Assembly (NCBI RefSeq): GCF_000143415.4
Contig: NW_003314314.1
Coordinates: forward strand, 1,245,771 to 1,309,770
Source of the DNA: Selaginella moellendorffii
Lineage: Eukaryota; Plantae; Lycopodiophyta
Direction of reading: 5' to 3'
Length of the DNA stretch: 64,000 bases
Shown here: positions 62,501 through 64,000 of the stretch, in pieces
How the letters are laid out: each line of letters begins with the position of its first letter
Numbering within the stretch: position 1 is the first letter of the stretch
Translations under genes and position numbers: made by a program
Notes under the pieces: generated by a model
What the model was told of the DNA's origin: nothing
Seen by the model: only the letters and a program-made list of their open reading frames with translations
Database searches by the model: none

Positions 62501-63538
62501 AGCTGCCTTCCAGGACAATGTCTTGTATCTTGCTCTCTCCTCTTCAATAGCATCCCAATCAGCATGTTGACAGCACCTCCTCTTGCAACAAGCAACTGTC
62601 GAGACCATTCGAACCTCCATCGCCATTTTCTGCCTTTTCGGTTCGTTGCTCAGATCCCTTTGGCTGCGCTTTAGGAAGGTGTACTTTCTTTTCCCATGAA
62701 GAGATGTTCTATCATCAGTTGTAGTGGTGTTTGATTGTGAATCCTTCACATTCTCAAAAACTAAGTGCCTCAATTTCCACCGCACAATGCTTCCAATAGT
62801 CAGACTGTTTTCTTCTGTGTCAACAACCTCTAAAATCGCAACTCCAATATCATCCCAGCCCAATTCTTGATTAGCAACCGCATCTCTTGGATCGACAACT
62901 GTGGCTAAGCCCTCAGCTACCACCTCCCCCTCGGGGTTGTTTAGAAACACCTTCGCCTGAATCCATGTAGCATGGTTATTAAGATCCACGGAGGGAACAT
63001 GCGTCGCACTTGCGCTGTCCCCAACATCTGCTTTCTTCTGAAGATTTTTCAAGGCAACAACAACATTTACCCCGACGACCATCTCTCCTCGTTCAATAGC
63101 GACCACATTCCCATCGAAGACAGTCTCTACTGATACAGCAGCATTGCCTTCCCCAAGCCTTTGACAGTGTATAACAAAGTTCCGATCCATAGACACAAGG
63201 GTCCCTTTTGCAACTCTCTTCCCACCATTCAAAATGTAAACCTTTTCCCCAACCCTGAAGGCCATTCTGAAAGTGCAAAAAAGAAGTTAAGACCATATAA
63301 AAAATGATTGGAGAATGGCCTAAATCATAACATACCAAACAACCTCAATAGCATGAGGCCACATGCCATTATTCAAATATGCTATTGACACCCACGTGAA
63401 ATTTTGCATTCACAAAATTGGCATGAGGCCTCATGCCATCTTGATATACACACAGCTGCAAGCAAGTAAAAACATACATGACAATACGCCAGCCATGAAA
63501 TTGCAAGGGCCCAAGATGGCATGTGGCCTCATGCCATT
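59534..63538. repeat. Dispersed imperfect palindrome, consensus ATGGCATGAGGCCTCATGCCAT (about 8 copies)
   Basis: Copies near 59534, 59621, 60034, 61445, 61502, 63347, 63419 (perfect 20-bp TGGCATGAGGCCTCATGCCA) and 63516. Confidence 0.85.
60197..63265 (-). pseudogene. DUF7869-type / Sola-like DDD transposase: one ~1020-codon frame with three premature stops
   Basis: The four tracked ORFs are all in one frame. Motifs CCKRRC, YGVP*TTFYR, HGN.G, FSKCEEC, IIHDKMDQKKT.LP, QTDNAGSENKN, FLMVGHTHEDVDAMFS. Confidence 0.8.
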
Positions 63539-63629
63539 TCTAAATGTGGTCCTAAGCCATTCCATGGTGAACATACCAGGAAGCACAAGTGCCGAATATC
63601 AAGAGGAAGCGGTAGCCACACCAAAGACA

Positions 63630-63790
63630 GTGCCGCTCGCAACACCGCAACTACTCGTAGCGCCGCTCGCACAAACTGCCACTCGCATAAACTGCCGCTC
63701 GCAATGGCGCTCGCAATGCCGCAACCGCTCATAGACGCATAAACCACAGCCCACAATGCCGCTTACACAAGCAGCGCTCACTGCGCTCAG
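63630..63790. repeat. GC-rich short repeats (GCCGCTCGCA) upstream of the transposase
   Basis: At least 5 variant copies are visible. Confidence 0.6.
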
Positions 63791-64000
63791 CGGAACCAAG
63801 AACACGGCGCACAAAAATGATAGACCTAAGAATGAGTTCGAGAATTGAAAAATAACACACGCTTGAATGTCACATCAAATCCTCTGACAAACCAGATCTT
63901 ATGACTCCTCTGACAAATTTCAAACTAAGTAGCTTCTAGACTTTGCTGTCGGAGGTTGAACTTTGTCACATCATGTCCTTGCCTCGATCCAGCTGTGCCA

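Overview
Eukaryotic land-plant nuclear DNA. Introns of about 50-80 nt and intergenic gaps of about 200-250 bp suggest a compact genome such as the lycophyte Selaginella; this is an inference. A gene island at about 32.1-44.05 kb holds a CLASP paralog that appears to lack TOG2, a P4-ATPase (ALA-type flippase), a long coiled-coil gene and a conserved plant membrane-associated gene. It sits between two deeply nested LTR-retrotransposon clusters. I resolved several LTR families (my labels A-H), many with exact 5-bp TSDs. Main points: (1) a young, non-coding 7.26-kb LTR element (LARD-like, family A) whose likely autonomous chromovirus partner lies in the same window and shares its LTR start and a structured ~530-nt 3' segment; (2) a core module shared by three otherwise different LTR families; (3) an intact Cassandra (5S-rRNA-containing TRIM) and a mini-variant in which both LTRs lack the 5S A-box; (4) a ~1020-codon DUF7869/Sola-like DDD transposase frame broken only by three C>T-type stops, with a family of 20-22-bp palindromes on both sides and inside the CDS. 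All calls come from reading the sequence by eye; no searches were run.
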